DNA of 64,000 bases, taken from the NCBI GenBank assembly GCA_002104905.1, contig MCFE01000167.1, positions 82,156 through 146,155 of the forward strand, in the 5' to 3' direction. The position numbers were made by a program, and so were the translations under genes. Source of the stretch: Basidiobolus meristosporus CBS 931.73 (Eukaryota; Fungi; Basidiobolomycota). This document shows, one piece after another, positions 25,496 to 39,357 of the stretch (its first letter is position 1; every line of letters starts with the position of its first letter). The notes below the pieces were generated by a model. That model was not told the DNA's origin, ran no database searches, and saw only the letters and a program-made list of their open reading frames with translations.

Positions 25496-28400
25496 CTAGG
25501 AGGTGATTTTGTAGACCTCTCCTAGACGTTTGAGGAACTGCTGGACGGCCAGTCGGACATCCGTATGAAGTTTGCTAGAGAAGAGCTCCAAGATTTGGGG
25601 GAATAATTTAGGCGCGTGCTTGGAAAACTAGAATGACCACATGGATGGATTAGCCTTGAGCGAGGTTTTCATATTGGCAGTATCGATATACCTGGATGTC
25701 CTCCAACTCTGAGAATCTACTCAGAAATTTAACCACGATGGGCCGCCATATCTCTAGCTTGGAGTCACCGTAAGCACCGTTGTTCGAGTTATACGAGGCC
25801 AATATCGCATAAGACAGTCTAGGGAATCAATCCAATGATGTCAGTACGCCAAGTAGGATACAGATGCGAAATCCAAGAAACTTTACGGGGTCAGCTTGTC
25901 TTCAACCTCGTCAGCATGGTTACGTCGGTCGTCCGAGTTGTCGCCATACATTTTGAACAGGAGAAAAACACAACTACAAACACTAAGGGTCTCTTGGCGA
26001 AATAGATTAGGTAGCTGGGGCATCAGGCCTAATAAATGAAAAAGAATGAGATGTTGTTTGGATCCATAAAACTCGAGGTAGTACCTGCTTCATAGATCGC
26101 ACTACGAAGCTGCAAATCAGAGTTGAACCGCTGAGCGAACCAGTAGGACCGCTCGAGACTGTCAATGATGATAAACAGATGGTGTGAGTCGATCGCTTGA
26201 TAGACCTGATCATTGGAGTTGAACAGCTCGTCCACAGTCTGAATCAATAATAGTCGTAGAACACATTTGAGCGTAATACGCCTAAATTCTTGCTTCTGTT
26301 TCTCCATCTGGCTATATGAAGTGCTTTTGAGTGAGCTAGTACGTGGCGGCAAATCAGTTGAATACGGCGAAGAAGGCAACGGTTCGGGCTCCGAGAGCGC
26401 TTTTCTAAAATCAAACAAGCCTTGTGGGCTACTGCTATCGAAAAGCCTCACGAAGGTGGAGCAGATCTTATCCCAAAGCTGGCTGTCCAGCCGGGAAATG
26501 TTGCTCTCGATAAGTTGCTGCAAGCAACTGTTGCCGATCCTAGCTAGAGTCTCGTTTTCTTGTGTAATGCAGACATACAGCAGCTCCAGAACACCATCGG
26601 TCATACCCTTGAGGGTTTCGAAATAGAAGGTGAACAGATCTATGGTGTTTCGGATAGCCTGGATCAGAGTGGTCGAAAGCCAAACACTCATGTCTTCTGG
26701 GTTTTTGAATCTAGACTTTTCACAGGAGGAGTCAAAATCATTGAATATAGGGAAAATGACCTGGTGAAAGATGGACTTCCAGAAGTCGCAGCGGAACTCG
26801 GTTCCATGCTGTTTAAGAGAATCAAACATGTAGTTGAGTGCTCGGTTGCGAACTTCAAGGTCTTCACAATTCATGACTATATCGTACAACCCAAGCATGA
26901 TGGGGAACCAGAATGAGTTCCCATCGTCTCTACCCGCCACCGGTGAATCCGGACGGTCGTTGGCAGTTTGCTGAGCGATCAGTTTCTGGGTTATTTGTTT
27001 GAAGATTTCCATGGAATGCAGGCTGGTTTTGACAAATCGGGTGTTCTGGCAAAACTGCACTAGACACGAGACGAAGTCTTGTAAGCAGCCGTGGGTGGCG
27101 ATGTCATCAAAGTTATTCTTGGCCACTGACTTGATGATTTCAAACGCCATGGCTACGATCAGCTCGTTTTCATCTTGAGCTGCCTTCGAAAAGACCCCAA
27201 ACATCGTCTTCCATCCAGAACGAATATGATACCCACGGGCCTGGATCATCTGTTGAAGACAGCGCAAAACCATGTCTTTGATGTTGTAGTTTTCATTGTG
27301 CTCTATAATGAATTCAAAAGGCCGGAGAAAATCTTTTTGAAACTTGAAATGCGGGAGCTCCTCCTTCTCCAAGAATTTCATTGAAAGCTGTCTAAGCGAG
27401 TCTAACGCAAAGAACGCAACATCATTATTGGAGTGGCAGCCAACCTGGTTGAAATGATCTCCCAATATAGCCCACATGTTGGACCATTCCATTCGAATTC
27501 TGCTCATGTTGTAATAGCAGATCTCAACCAACTTCTGGAGGCAGTACGTTCTAGGATGCTCTGCATTTGTTGATGAACGAATTTCTTCCATGGAGATTTC
27601 GCTCAAGGCTCTCACGAAATCAACTACTGCAGGCCCCGAGAGCCGAACGCTGCCAGTAAAGATCCGGTCCACGGCAACTACAACCTGCTGCGATCTGGTT
27701 TCAATGGCTGCCTCTTCCGCATACAGAGTGTGGATTGTCGAGGTTCGATGAGATTTGTTGGAGTGCAAGGAAGCGCTTGATTGTCTTTTCTCGAGCTGTG
27801 GTTGGGAGTTCGGAACTCGCCGGGCATTACTTATATCGGGAATGGTGTCACTGTCGGCACCATTGCTTATTAGTTGGAATCGTTCTAATTGGCTCACACA
27901 AGCAAGAACATCTCTCCAGGACTCTTTGAGATTGTTTCCCTCCGAGAGAGCAATCTCTAGCAAGGTCTTGATAGCCTCAACATTCTTGACCTTCATTTCA
28001 CTAAGATTGTTGAGGTATGTGGATTTGGCAAGGGTGGATACAAAGGCATTTCTCTCCAATTCCATATCAAATATAGAGGCGATATGAACAGCGAACTTCA
28101 GCCCCTCAAGACACAAGTTCACGATTTCCAAATCGTCATATTCTTGCATCGGAGAGCTAACACCAGCCAAAAAGGCCATCCACACCAATTCGAACATCGG
28201 CCGGACATGCTCAAAGTGAGATGCGCTGTAGTACGTCGCCTGAACCCGGCTAATCCCACGGCTACCTCTGCCTTTAAATATCGCCTCAGTTTTCGAGGCC
28301 AATTCTGCAGAAGCGTGTGCATACAGCTCGCGTCTAGCTTTTCCGGTGATCACTTCGAAAGGAGACAGATCTTTGAAGATGTTCATCGGGCCATTTGAGA

Positions 28401-31400
28401 AGGAATTTGAAGCAACGCCCTTTTCGTCTTTGATTCGAATCTCGTTCTTGGAAATATCATCGTATATCTCAGCCAAAAACTCATCGGGAAGGTCTGCCTT
28501 ATCATCGATTCCCGCGTTGTTCTTGAGGAAGTCAATCAGCGACATTCGGTGCTTCACTTGGGGATTATGAAGATCGGTGTTGAGCAGGATCACCGAGTAC
28601 GCCAATACATAAGCGGTGTCGGCGTTGGCGAACTTCCCGGAGTTTCCTATGACATAGCGCTCCGCAAATTTCAACATGAACCTATCGATTTTCTGCGCTT
28701 CACCAGGCAACCGGAATGGCTGAAGGAATCTCCTTAGGGCGTCTACAAACGGCATATCACTGAAACTCATATCGTCGACGAATGCATGCATGATGGCGAC
28801 ATTTTCTTCACTACCTTCTCCAAGGAATTCCCCCAATGTTGTTTTGTTTATGCCTTCTGTGTTGAGGAAAAAGCGCGCAATCGTTTTGGGATCTCTGTTT
28901 TCTATGCAGTGAGTTTCGAGAAGAAAGTTGAATCCTTTCTTTGGTTTCCAATTAAACATTTGAATCCCTTGTTGGAGTACTTGCTTTCTTTGCTTTAGAG
29001 TCTCAAATTGCCCTGGATCGTCCAAGGCCAGTGATCTGATACTTGGCGTAGAGCCATTAAGTACAGGACTAGGCGAGGAGTGACCATTCGCCTCTACAAT
29101 GGAGTTCGCATTTTCATATGCATCCTCACTTTTACGAGTGAGCCGGGATTGTTTGTCATCCTCGAGCACAGTATTCTCCCCTTCAGTAACGCCTAACCCT
29201 TTGTCACTCCAGGTCGTTAGCGATCTGAGCACAGCAACAAGGCACTCCAAGGCCTTTTGCTTGATGTCACTTTCGTTGCCTTGGTTATAGAGTTGGGAAG
29301 ATAGGCTGTTGTTGACAGAGGTAGTTGTCAAAGACGGTTGAATAACCCCGCTCGATGGGGCAATCGAGTTGGAGTGTTGGTTGGAAGATGGCACTCCGGT
29401 GGATGATGGACCAGTACGTACAGTGGTGATCTTCGAGATGACATTCACCAACCTTTCGTATATATTGTCCAAAGCCTCCTTGTCACAATCATAGTTCAAG
29501 TAGATTTCGACTAGTGTTTGTGGGTCATTGCAGATTTTCTGCAAGATATTCAGTAGAGCTGTCTTCTGGTGAAATGTCGCTGAACGCATTTCCAGGATAG
29601 GTAGAAATATCTCCTTGAAAAATACTTCTATTTCCTTTTTCAGCAACATTCGCAGTCCTTGCAGAAGCTTGAGGAATATTTCCAGAGATACCTCGAAGAT
29701 ACCACCCACAGTTGAGGTAAGATTTCGGCTTAAACTTAGACAAAGGTATTGCTTGACTGATGTCAGAAGACTCACATATACAGGCTGATTTTGCTCAGTA
29801 TAAGTGACAAACCCAACATTGGATGAAGTAAACGTTTCCAAGTGAGAGGTGATGATGATCAGGATGAGGTGTAGAGAGAGTAGCTTTGAGCGCATAGAAA
29901 GAGACCTAACGTCAGAAGCTCCTTCGGTGCTGATAGGCTTCATAGATAAACGACAAAGCGCTCTGAAAAGTAAGTATGCGTCTCTAACTTCTATGTCATC
30001 AATCGCACTGCTCACATATCCTGCATCATCGTATCCTTTTGAAAGTTCGGTCTGCCCCTTGGAAGATGATTGGGGAGTGTCACTGTCTTTAAAGGCACTA
30101 GATATGCTCTCTGCATTATTATCGTCCTCATTCAGTGGACTCTCCTCGGGGATGTCTGCTTTGAACATATCTGCCTGCGACTCCAGAGAAGTCGAAATTG
30201 CCTTCGAATCGACAGCGGTAAGCGTCTCCTTGAGTGTATCAATTCTCTCGTCAATCAGAACTTCAAGCTTCTCCGTGTTGGAGTCCAAAGGGATATTTAC
30301 CAGCTCCTTATCGTCCAAGTCAGTAAACTCGTCGCTGATAGAGCTGATATGATCACTCTCGGGGACATCAAGGGTAGGATCCAGTGGATTTTCCACAGAA
30401 GCCGTCTCCTCTTTAGTCAATTCTTTTTCGGAATTGCTATTTGCTATTGAGTTTCGACGCTGCTCTGTGACGTCCTCCGATCTTTCATCAAAAACCCCTG
30501 GCTGCTTATCCTTTGTCTCCGCATCATTTTCTCCTTTGGCTGGTTCGGAGGTCGACACCGATAGATTTTCAGAATCACTCTCTTGGTTGACGTTGCTGAT
30601 ATTCTGTACGGGAGCACTGTGGGTAAGCTCTGCGGTATCTGGTGTGCTTTTAGCATCGACATCAACTGTCATGGAGCTCTTTCTAAGTTGGATTCGGCTG
30701 AATATGGCATGAACCATCTGCGTTAAAATGCCTTGAGCGATGGTTTGATTCCCTGGATCTCTAGAAAGCAAAAAGATATTGTAGGTGGTTCGAACGGCTT
30801 TCAGTAGCGCCCTTTGATGTATTTTGAAAGTGTTGGATGTGATTGCAGCCAGAAGTGCCTACGGTAAGGTTCGAAAATTAGTGACCGTCTCAACGCTTTC
30901 ATTGCAATCGGATTGGGCTGTACTTTAATGATTTGTAGTTGAATTTTATCATCAGTTCCTTCCCCGACAAAGCAGTCGCATACAAGATCAATAAGCTGAT
31001 CTGTTAAATTATCTTGTCCAGTAGGCGGTATGCCGGCGGCAGAGTCTTCTAAGGCTGTCTTATCATGCTCTGTAGTGGTTTCAGGAATGGTCTCCAGCGT
31101 GGAAGTGTTGGGTGACGTAGGCAGAGTTGATGAGGCCGCTTGACCATTGATAATATAATTATATGTAATAAGCTTTCCAATACAATCAACGGCGATCACA
31201 GTGAGATTGTTAGACCCAGTTAGGCATGCAAGTTTCAAAGGCAACACCAGAATTTCGGAATCGCTATACAAAGGGTGAGTACATGTCATCTCTCCAAAGA
31301 CTGGGGAATCAAACGGCCTACCTAGCGGTACATATCGATGCATCAGGGTGGTTGTTGATGACGTCTATATGATTTGGAATGAATGAAGTTTTAGAAAGGA

Positions 31401-31658
31401 TATAAAGTGAGGATGAGTCCGAGGAAGGCACAAAAGACGAAGTAATAAGAAAAACCTGCCTAAGGCTTTTGCTGCAGCTTCAGTGAGTTGTTTATTTCTT
31501 TTTCCTTCTTTTAACTTCTGAAGTTTCTCAAGTGCATTAATAATAAAAAGTGCACCAGCAGCTAGATGATTCTTCGGCACAGAGACTGACGACGTACTGT
31601 TGGTGGGTGTTGACACTGTCGGAGAGGGGGGCTCGATGGTAGTGGTAGTATCCGACAT
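25496..31658 (-). CDS. SEC7: Large ARF-GEF Sec7/BIG (multi-exon)
   Basis: 1580-aa core ORF with DCB/HUS regions (RSKLLSLHL, YLNYDCD), the Sec7 domain (FNWKPKKG, FRLPGEAQKIDRFMLKFAERY) and HDS domains. 5' exons start at ATG 31658; 3' exons end ...EVYKITS-stop at 25496. Confidence 0.96.
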
Positions 31659-32663
31659 TGGGAGAACGTCTACCCAAGCTAGAATAGAAGCAAGTCTAAA
31701 GTCAACAAACGAAGGAGTTTGTCAGGAAATAAGGATTCTCTACTTGAAATTCTGATTGATGATTCAATAGAAATTAGGTAGGGGAAGTGTTCTTCGGTAG
31801 CACATATCAATAGATACTTTCAATATCATTTGTTACTAGGACTCCACAGTTGGTGAGAATCAATTATTTGGTCAAATGCTATCATTTAGAGGACTAATTG
31901 TAGTCTATTCGTTCGGCATGCAGCCACTAAATTTGTTCACAACCTCAGCCACCCAACCCCCTCAAAAGTATCAGTCACTAAGAAATGCTGATAATCCCAA
32001 CAAATTATTACTTATTATTAATACGCTTTCAACGCATCAGGAAAGCTTTCACACTCTGTGCTTGATACTGTACTCCCGCGTATGACGTCACGTGGCTATG
32101 TATTACACCAATGGCTCTAGTGACCGAGAAAGACATTATGGTAACTATTCTCTATTTGTTCGAAACCTGAAGGGCCCGAGGAATTGTTCGCATTATGGAT
32201 TGGACTGGTGCACTTGATCGCTCACCATAAGGTGCAAGAGCAAGAATAGTAGCTCTGGGTTTGGGCAGTCGACGGACAGGATTGAATTTTCTTGACGGGC
32301 CACCCCTCATGGAAAAACTCTATGGAATCGTGATTTATATTATTATGAAATCGACAGATCGAAAAACGAATTTGGTGATTCCCCTCAAGCGCCGTAATAT
32401 TGGTACATTTGTGGCGTAGACTGAATCTAGAACAAGCGCACGTTTGCCGTAAGCATTCATTCCCATCTTCGAGAGGTGAAGAACAGGCACCGAAGTACGG
32501 CAAAAGCCTCTTGTATGCGCCAGGGTTGATGCAGCGAAGCAAAGACGGTTAATTGGCAAGAGGCATATCACGAATATTAGGAATGAAGCTATACAGAATT
32601 TATTCGAGTGGTAATAAAGTCCTTATGTATCATTGGTTTGGCGCTGACGGTTGTTTCATCTTT

Positions 32664-33517
32664 CTATGCTAGCAGTTTTTTACATTGGATTTGGGAATGC
32701 TCCTTAGAACGATCAACTTCATTCGTGATATCTTGGCATAGCTTGGGTGTTGTGATGACCACAAGGTACTCGCATTTGGCCGGTTCTTTGATAATTCGGA
32801 TTTTCTCTAGGCTTTGCATACTGCAGTGAAACTACAACCGTGAGCGGTTAAAGACTTGTCGATGAAAACGGATCGACATGACATGAACTAACCTGAATCT
32901 CCACTGTGCGTGGCTTTTTGGTGCCATCGCATGGAGTTCCTCCACCCCACCGCTGGGAAAGATGGTTCGGCGAACCTTCAATCAATGTTGTATCTACAAC
33001 GTTCTGGGAATTTGTGTATTTTCCAAGGAAGTAGTTGCCTTCAGTCTTGGCGGTTGATCTTGAGGCCTTTCGGTATTGCCTTATATATTTGAGATGGCAA
33101 TACTCATATGACCACCAGCCCTCGGTCTATGTCAAGGTAAATATCACATCAGTATGTCAAGGATCTCCTCTCTCATTATTAAATTTCGATGTACTTTACG
33201 GCTTGTAAGCACCTAGATTTCAACGGCTCCAGTGACTCCAGACGGCGCTGTACAATGGTCTGAGTATCTATCTTTATGTCTTTCGATATTTCCAAGCTGT
33301 TGTCAACTGTAGAACCATTCGAGAAAGTACAGGAATACTCTACTCCGTCTTGAGAACGCATATAGACTTGAGAGCTTGAGGACTCCGCAGTGCTTGTCAA
33401 ATTTGAGATAGTTAGCTGATACCTCGGTTCCTCTAGAGGATCTCCATAGCTAGAGATTTCAGCCTGGGAAACTGCTAAAGATGCTAATAAGGATATCAAG
33501 ATTGTTTGCGCGAACAT
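32664..33517 (-). CDS. OS-9/Yos9-like ER lectin (MRH/PRKCSH domain), multi-exon
   Basis: Signal peptide MFAQTILISLLASLAVSQA, then CL...WWSYEYCH, QFH, GNYFLGKY and IKEPAKCEYLVVITTPKLC motifs. Confidence 0.8.
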
Positions 33518-34218
33518 AAAAGACCTTTCATACAAACATTAAAGAATGTAATTACAAGCAAATGTTTCTACGATTTTATGGTCAACCTCCGAATATCGGG
33601 TAGCAAAATCAGAATTCCGAGTTATGAATCGAACATAAAATCAAACCGGCCAATGATATCTAATTCTGATCTCCTCCAATCGTGGCGCTCCTACACCAAA
33701 TGCGTCTGGTCTTCCGGAGTCTAACCAAAGCGACCGAACCTTTCCCAAGATCGTTATCAGCTGTATTTTCAGGCCGTATATGCTGCTATTCAGGCTCCAG
33801 CTAGAGGTGTTTTGGTGATAGGTCTTAGATGCGTAATCTAGATTGGATGATTATTGGCTTCTAGGGCGGATTCATTTTTGTCCGTGGGTAGCCATTTGAT
33901 TTTCACATGGTTCATTGGTGGGCAAGAGCCTGCGTATCTGCCGTGAAGTTGATACTGCCGTTCAGAATGTCAGATCCCCGCAAGACGATACGGGCATTTC
34001 CCTGTTCACCAGGAGTCTCTGCATCCCCATCACCTCAGTTGCTTTACTCGATTACTGTTGTGAAAGGCTGCTTTTCACAAAGGCCTCGAAATGCAGCCGT
34101 GACAACGGAAAATTACGGAAGAAAACTTATTTATTCCACATTTCAGCATATTATCTTCAAGATGGCAGATAGCCCTTTGAGCTTCTGGGAGAGCTTGCCT
34201 ATAATTAGCTCGGTTCCA

Positions 34219-35734
34219 CTAAAGCTTGTGTGTTTGCTTTTCTGCTTGAACGACCTGGTCTTGTTCAAGCTTCGTGATCTCTGCTTGGTTGTAACCGATT
34301 TCATTTAGTATTTGTGTGGTATGTTTACCAGGGGGAAGAAATGTGTGTTGCGCTTGGGGTTGCATTTTTCCTGGCGTCCTCGAAAGAATAGGTGCAGGTG
34401 GGGGATCCATAGAGTGCTCGAACGGTAGGACTGGAGTTACGCATGCATCTCTATTGGTAAATATCTGAGTCCATTCATCTTGAGATTTCTGCAGGAAGCG
34501 TTGTTGAAATATCTGGCGAGTTTTCGGCCAACTCGACGTATCATACTGGTCGGGAAGTGAGTTGGGCTCTAGCTCTAGTCCAATTATTAACTCATGGTAG
34601 AACTGTGCCTCAATAGCGCCACTATGAAGGATTGAGTGGATGGATAAAATATCCTAAGGTAAGAATTGCCTACTCACACTGCCATGTACTTTCCATCCGA
34701 TGTCTCATAGACTTCGTAAAAGGGTGCTCCTCCATCTAGCATATTATTGCCACGATTACTGCTATGAGCGCCATTGCTGATAAGTCCTGAAAGAAATGTC
34801 GAGAGATATCGAACCCCGCCAACCTTTAAAAATGGAAGTTAACGGCTTAACGTCCAGAAAGCAATTAAAAGTGCTACCATTGCTGCGTCTATAACTTGAC
34901 CTAGTCCTGATCTCTCCCTTTCATATAATGCCAACATAATCCCAACGACACATATAAGACTCCCACCTGCAAAGTCCGCTTTTGAAGATATCAGTAATAA
35001 GATTCTGAAGTAAAAGACTACGCTTGGCTAACCTAAGTAATTAATCGGGAACATTGGTTTTTCCCCGGATCGACCAAGAACCTAAAGAAAAGATGCCACA
35101 TTTTAGAGTCCGTCTTGAACTATGGGGATTCAAGAAAGAGAGCGTACTGATAATGCTCCAGCTATAGCCAAGTAGTTTATGTCGTGGCCAGCCTCTTTCG
35201 AGAGACTACCTGTGTGGAAATATTAGCTGATAGAAGTAAAAATAGTGCTATGAAGCCATCTCCGTGTTTACCAGTCTGACCATAACCAGTCAGTCTTGCA
35301 TAGATTAAACTAGAATTCTTTACGCACAGCACCTCTGGGCCAAAACCAAGCTTCTCCAAGACTCCCGGCCGGAATGGATCTATTAATATATCTGCTTGTT
35401 GTACCAAACGGAATATAATTTCTTTTCCCTCCGCTGATTTTAGGTCCAAGGCTATGGAGCGCTTCCCTCTATGGAATATATGGAAGATTGGAATAGTGCT
35501 ACAACAACTGGGGAACAGATGAGCACTACCTTGTTAAAAGGTCAGTAGAATTCCCATTCACTCTGTCAACACGAATCACCTCGGCACCAAAGTCTGCAAG
35601 TATCAAACCTTTGAAAGCTAGAATTAGGTTGTATCTTTAGGCCAGGAAATAGCTTTTTAGTGCTCACCAGCAAAGGGACCAGGCGCTAAACCTGCAAACT
35701 CTACGACTCGAATGCCTTTCAGGGGAAGCGCCAT
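34219..35734 (-). CDS. CaiB/BaiF family III CoA-transferase / alpha-methylacyl-CoA racemase (multi-exon)
   Basis: [72 protein letters not shown] and the C-terminal [10 protein letters not shown]. Confidence 0.92.
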
Positions 35735-36408
35735 TTTCGAAAAGGAATAGCAAGTTGATAATGGTTTCATACACTTGCTGACCACTGCATTATATATTCA
35801 CAATAGTTTGTATGCTTTAATGGGCATTGGGAGTGAAGCAATCCTACTTCTCGAGTGGATCATTACTAAGATGAAACTGTGAACATTTCGATAAGCCAAT
35901 CATGGGTTGTGACTGGGGTTTTTGAATGTGATCTTGAGAATTGTGAGCATAATCTCGGGAATAAGCGATGAACTCTCACATGTATTGCTTTCATTAGTTG
36001 ACCTGATTTTCAAGACTTGGCACAGAAGGCGGTCTTGACCCATTCTTTCTAAACGCAAGTAAAACATACGTTGAAAAACCCCAGGCTTCGACATTAGTCT
36101 AGGTGGTGTATACTTTATATATTTCTTGAACTATGGCACAACCATTTATCCCTCACAAGCGGGTAGGGAAGTTCTTCGAATACGGTAAAAATTTACACGA
36201 ATACAGTAGTGGAACGATGGAAGTAATTACACAAGCATATTCCAGTAAAAAATCAATAAAAAAGCACTTCCATGCAAAAAACGTCTACATAATCTATATA
36301 CTGACATGCCTCACTCATGGTGGAGTTATCATTGACCGATACCAAGCTCTGCTAACCCCACCATGTTCCATAATGGGGGTCAAGGCCCGATCCGAATGTA
36401 GTATTCCC

Positions 36409-39357
36409 TCAGCGCCATTGTGGCTTACTCCTGCGAACCGTACTACCGCCAGAGCCAGCTGAAGTTGAACCAAACAATTTTCGTGTTGTTCCACCCGAAG
36501 CTTTTAAAATCCCGCTCGACTGTACCTCGCCGACGGGCCCTCTGCTGCGAACTTTCGGGCCATTTCCTAGCTCATTGAGTGGGTGATACTCTGCACGGTT
36601 GCGTCTGCGGGCACTGTTGGTTCTAATAGCACCAACACCCACACTCATTTGAGTTTTTGTCTTGGGCGTACTAGGGGAAGGCTGAACACTATCGTCAAGG
36701 CTCTTAGATTTCAAACTAGATTTCAGGATACCCGTGCTCTTCTTGAGGGCCGATGGTAGAGATGGCGGTTTAACATACGGAGAGGACGGAGCAGGGGTAT
36801 CCTTCGTAATAGTCTTAAAGGGAGAAGAGACGCCTGGTTCGGTAAAAGTCACTGTGCGAATTCTTTTGCTAGGGTTGACCGTCGAAGTGTTGTTTGACAT
36901 GGAGCTGACCCGAGCTCGTTTTGCGCTCGATACCATCGGAGATATTACCATTGAACCTGGTCCATCCTGATTGGACTTGAGGTGGGAGGATTTTGATCTG
37001 CCTGTTGGGGGCTTTTCCGGAGTACGGCTAGGTGTAACCACTGTTGGGTGAGGGGAATATTTTCTAGCTTTCAAGCTTATCGGTGACCGAATAACCCTGT
37101 TGGATCGTGCAGACTTTATGGTCAACTCGTTGAGGTCGGATGATAGATATTCGGAATCAAGTTTGGAAGATTCCGGAATGCTCAGCATATCTTTAAGTTC
37201 TTCCTCAACTGCACCATATGAATTGGCTTCCTGCTTTTTGACGATCTCGGCAAATGCAGAAATCTGCGCCATGTATATGTCATTCAAGTAGGAGGTATCC
37301 AAACCTTGAGATTGAACCGCCTCTATACAATCGCGTAGACCAGCCAAGCAAGTGGCATTGTTTTTCATAAACGTCTGCACGATGTGGGACTGATTACGGT
37401 TGGTACACTGACTTACAACCACCACCTTCTCCAGTCGGGTCTTCAACGAACCCATGTTCCGCAAATTCCCATTCTCCAGCTCACTGATCAATTTGATTTC
37501 CTCCATTGTATCCAATGGGATTTGATGCGCGCTTCCTTCGAGGAGCCTTTCAATGTGATGACGATGACGCCTGTTGGTATTCCATGCATAATCCAGACGG
37601 CGAGCAATGGTGTTTTTGCTCTCTTCTAGGTTCCGGAGGGTTTCCTCGGCCATATCGAGGTAGGAATTCATGCTAGAATCACTTTCCAAAGTTGACAACG
37701 CAGCTACGTACGCATCCCGCCAAGTCTTCAATCCTTCATATCGTTGATGAAGATCCATATAATGCGCCCATAGGTTACCAATATCACTTTCACATTCGGT
37801 GACCTTCTCGAAGTGAATGCTGATTTTCTTCTGACAATCCTCGAGCTGTTTCCGCAAAGCCAAGTCGAGCTTAAATGTATTTGCCGTGCCATTAGCATTG
37901 GAGGGTTTGGGGGCATTCTCCTTGGTGTGAAGTTTTTTCTTGAGCTCCTCGACTTCGGACCGTAGATCTTTAATGATCTTCACGTATTGTGAGACATGCA
38001 TATTCACGCTCAACGTGTTCTTTTCCACCCTGTTCTTGATATTCTTTGCACGACTAGCATACTTCAACGTGTTGTGTGTCTCGTCGTAATAAAGACTTGA
38101 TGGACTTACACACACGATCATGACAGTCTTGCAATTCCCGCCCAACGAGAACTTGAGCAAACGTGTCAGTTTGCTGTCACGATACGGGATATGGGCTTTG
38201 CGTGTTTCATCGCAGAGTGCGTTGATACAATTGCCCAATGCTGGTGAAAAAGCAAGTGCTTAGTACCCACGATTGGATGGATTTGGTGAATAGTGAAAAG
38301 CCTACCTAATAAGGACCTGTTGATGTTGGCCCCCTCCATGAGCCTCTCACCCTTATTCGCAGTGACAGAAGCTCTCTCACTTCCAGCCAAATCGATCAAG
38401 CTCAAAGTGGCCATCATATAATCGGTGGTAATGTTGGCAGTACGAGGCCTTTGTTTGATGTGAATTTGCAACACTGCGTGTGAACGAGAAGAAGTCGCAT
38501 TGGCCTCAGTTGGAGAGACGGTCCGATTACGATTACCCCGCAATATCATGTTCATGACATGGTCTACCTGTAGAATATTGATCAGAGTTAAAGAATGATA
38601 TTGTACTACTAAATAATAAAGCAAAGACATACATCACGTGGAAAGTGCTCACTCAATCCAGACACCACCACCTTCTTGTTTGAATCCTCGCGTAGCGCGA
38701 GGGGAGGCGAAACTTTGCCCTCAGGTACGAGCAAATCACGAATCGTCTCGTTGTATACCTCAAGATACGACAACGATATTTCTACGGTCTTCTCATTTTC
38801 TACATCAGAAATTCTACGGAACAACTCCTCCATCGTCAGGAAGATGATACCTGGATTTTCGGGGGTGCCGCTGATAGTATGTGTCTTGCCACATCCAGTA
38901 GCCTACAATTATTAGAAACCATATAAGTTATTGAAAGAGGAATCATGCTTCAATCGAGATAACATACACCATAAGCAAACACAGTTGAGTTGAAACCATT
39001 CAAAATATTGTCAATAAGGCTTTTGCTAGTTCCTTCAAACACATCTTCTTGAGTTGAATCCTCATCAAAAACACGATCGAACACGAATCTTGCATCCTTG
39101 TGACGCTTGTTGCTGGCGCCAATTTTGTGAGCAGAATGCATATCCTCGGGGGGATCAAATACGACTACATGATCATCGATCACATGAACAACTTTGCGTA
39201 CGTGTTTTGAAGCTTCTTGCTCGTGCGCTGATTGGAAAGACGCGGAGAAAGGAAAACGGTGATTGTTGGTTGGAGGAAGTAGGGCTATTTCGCGTTCATT
39301 GAACGGGCGAACTCTAACGGCAACCAAGATTGCAGATTCATTTGAATCCGACGGCAT
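36409..39357 (-). CDS. KIP3: Kinesin-8 motor (Kip3/Klp5-6-like), multi-exon
   Basis: [34 protein letters not shown] and [27 protein letters not shown]-terminal motor, coiled coil and basic tail. Confidence 0.9.

Noticed and set aside
26267-30712. Many plus-strand ORFs of 60-170 aa
   Set aside because: Antisense shadows of the SEC7 coding sequence; the same applies to ORFs opposite the kinesin and the LINE.
32222-32571. Cys-rich short ORFs downstream of the OS-9-like gene
   Set aside because: Non-ATG starts, no family recognised, and no convincing splice link to the upstream gene.
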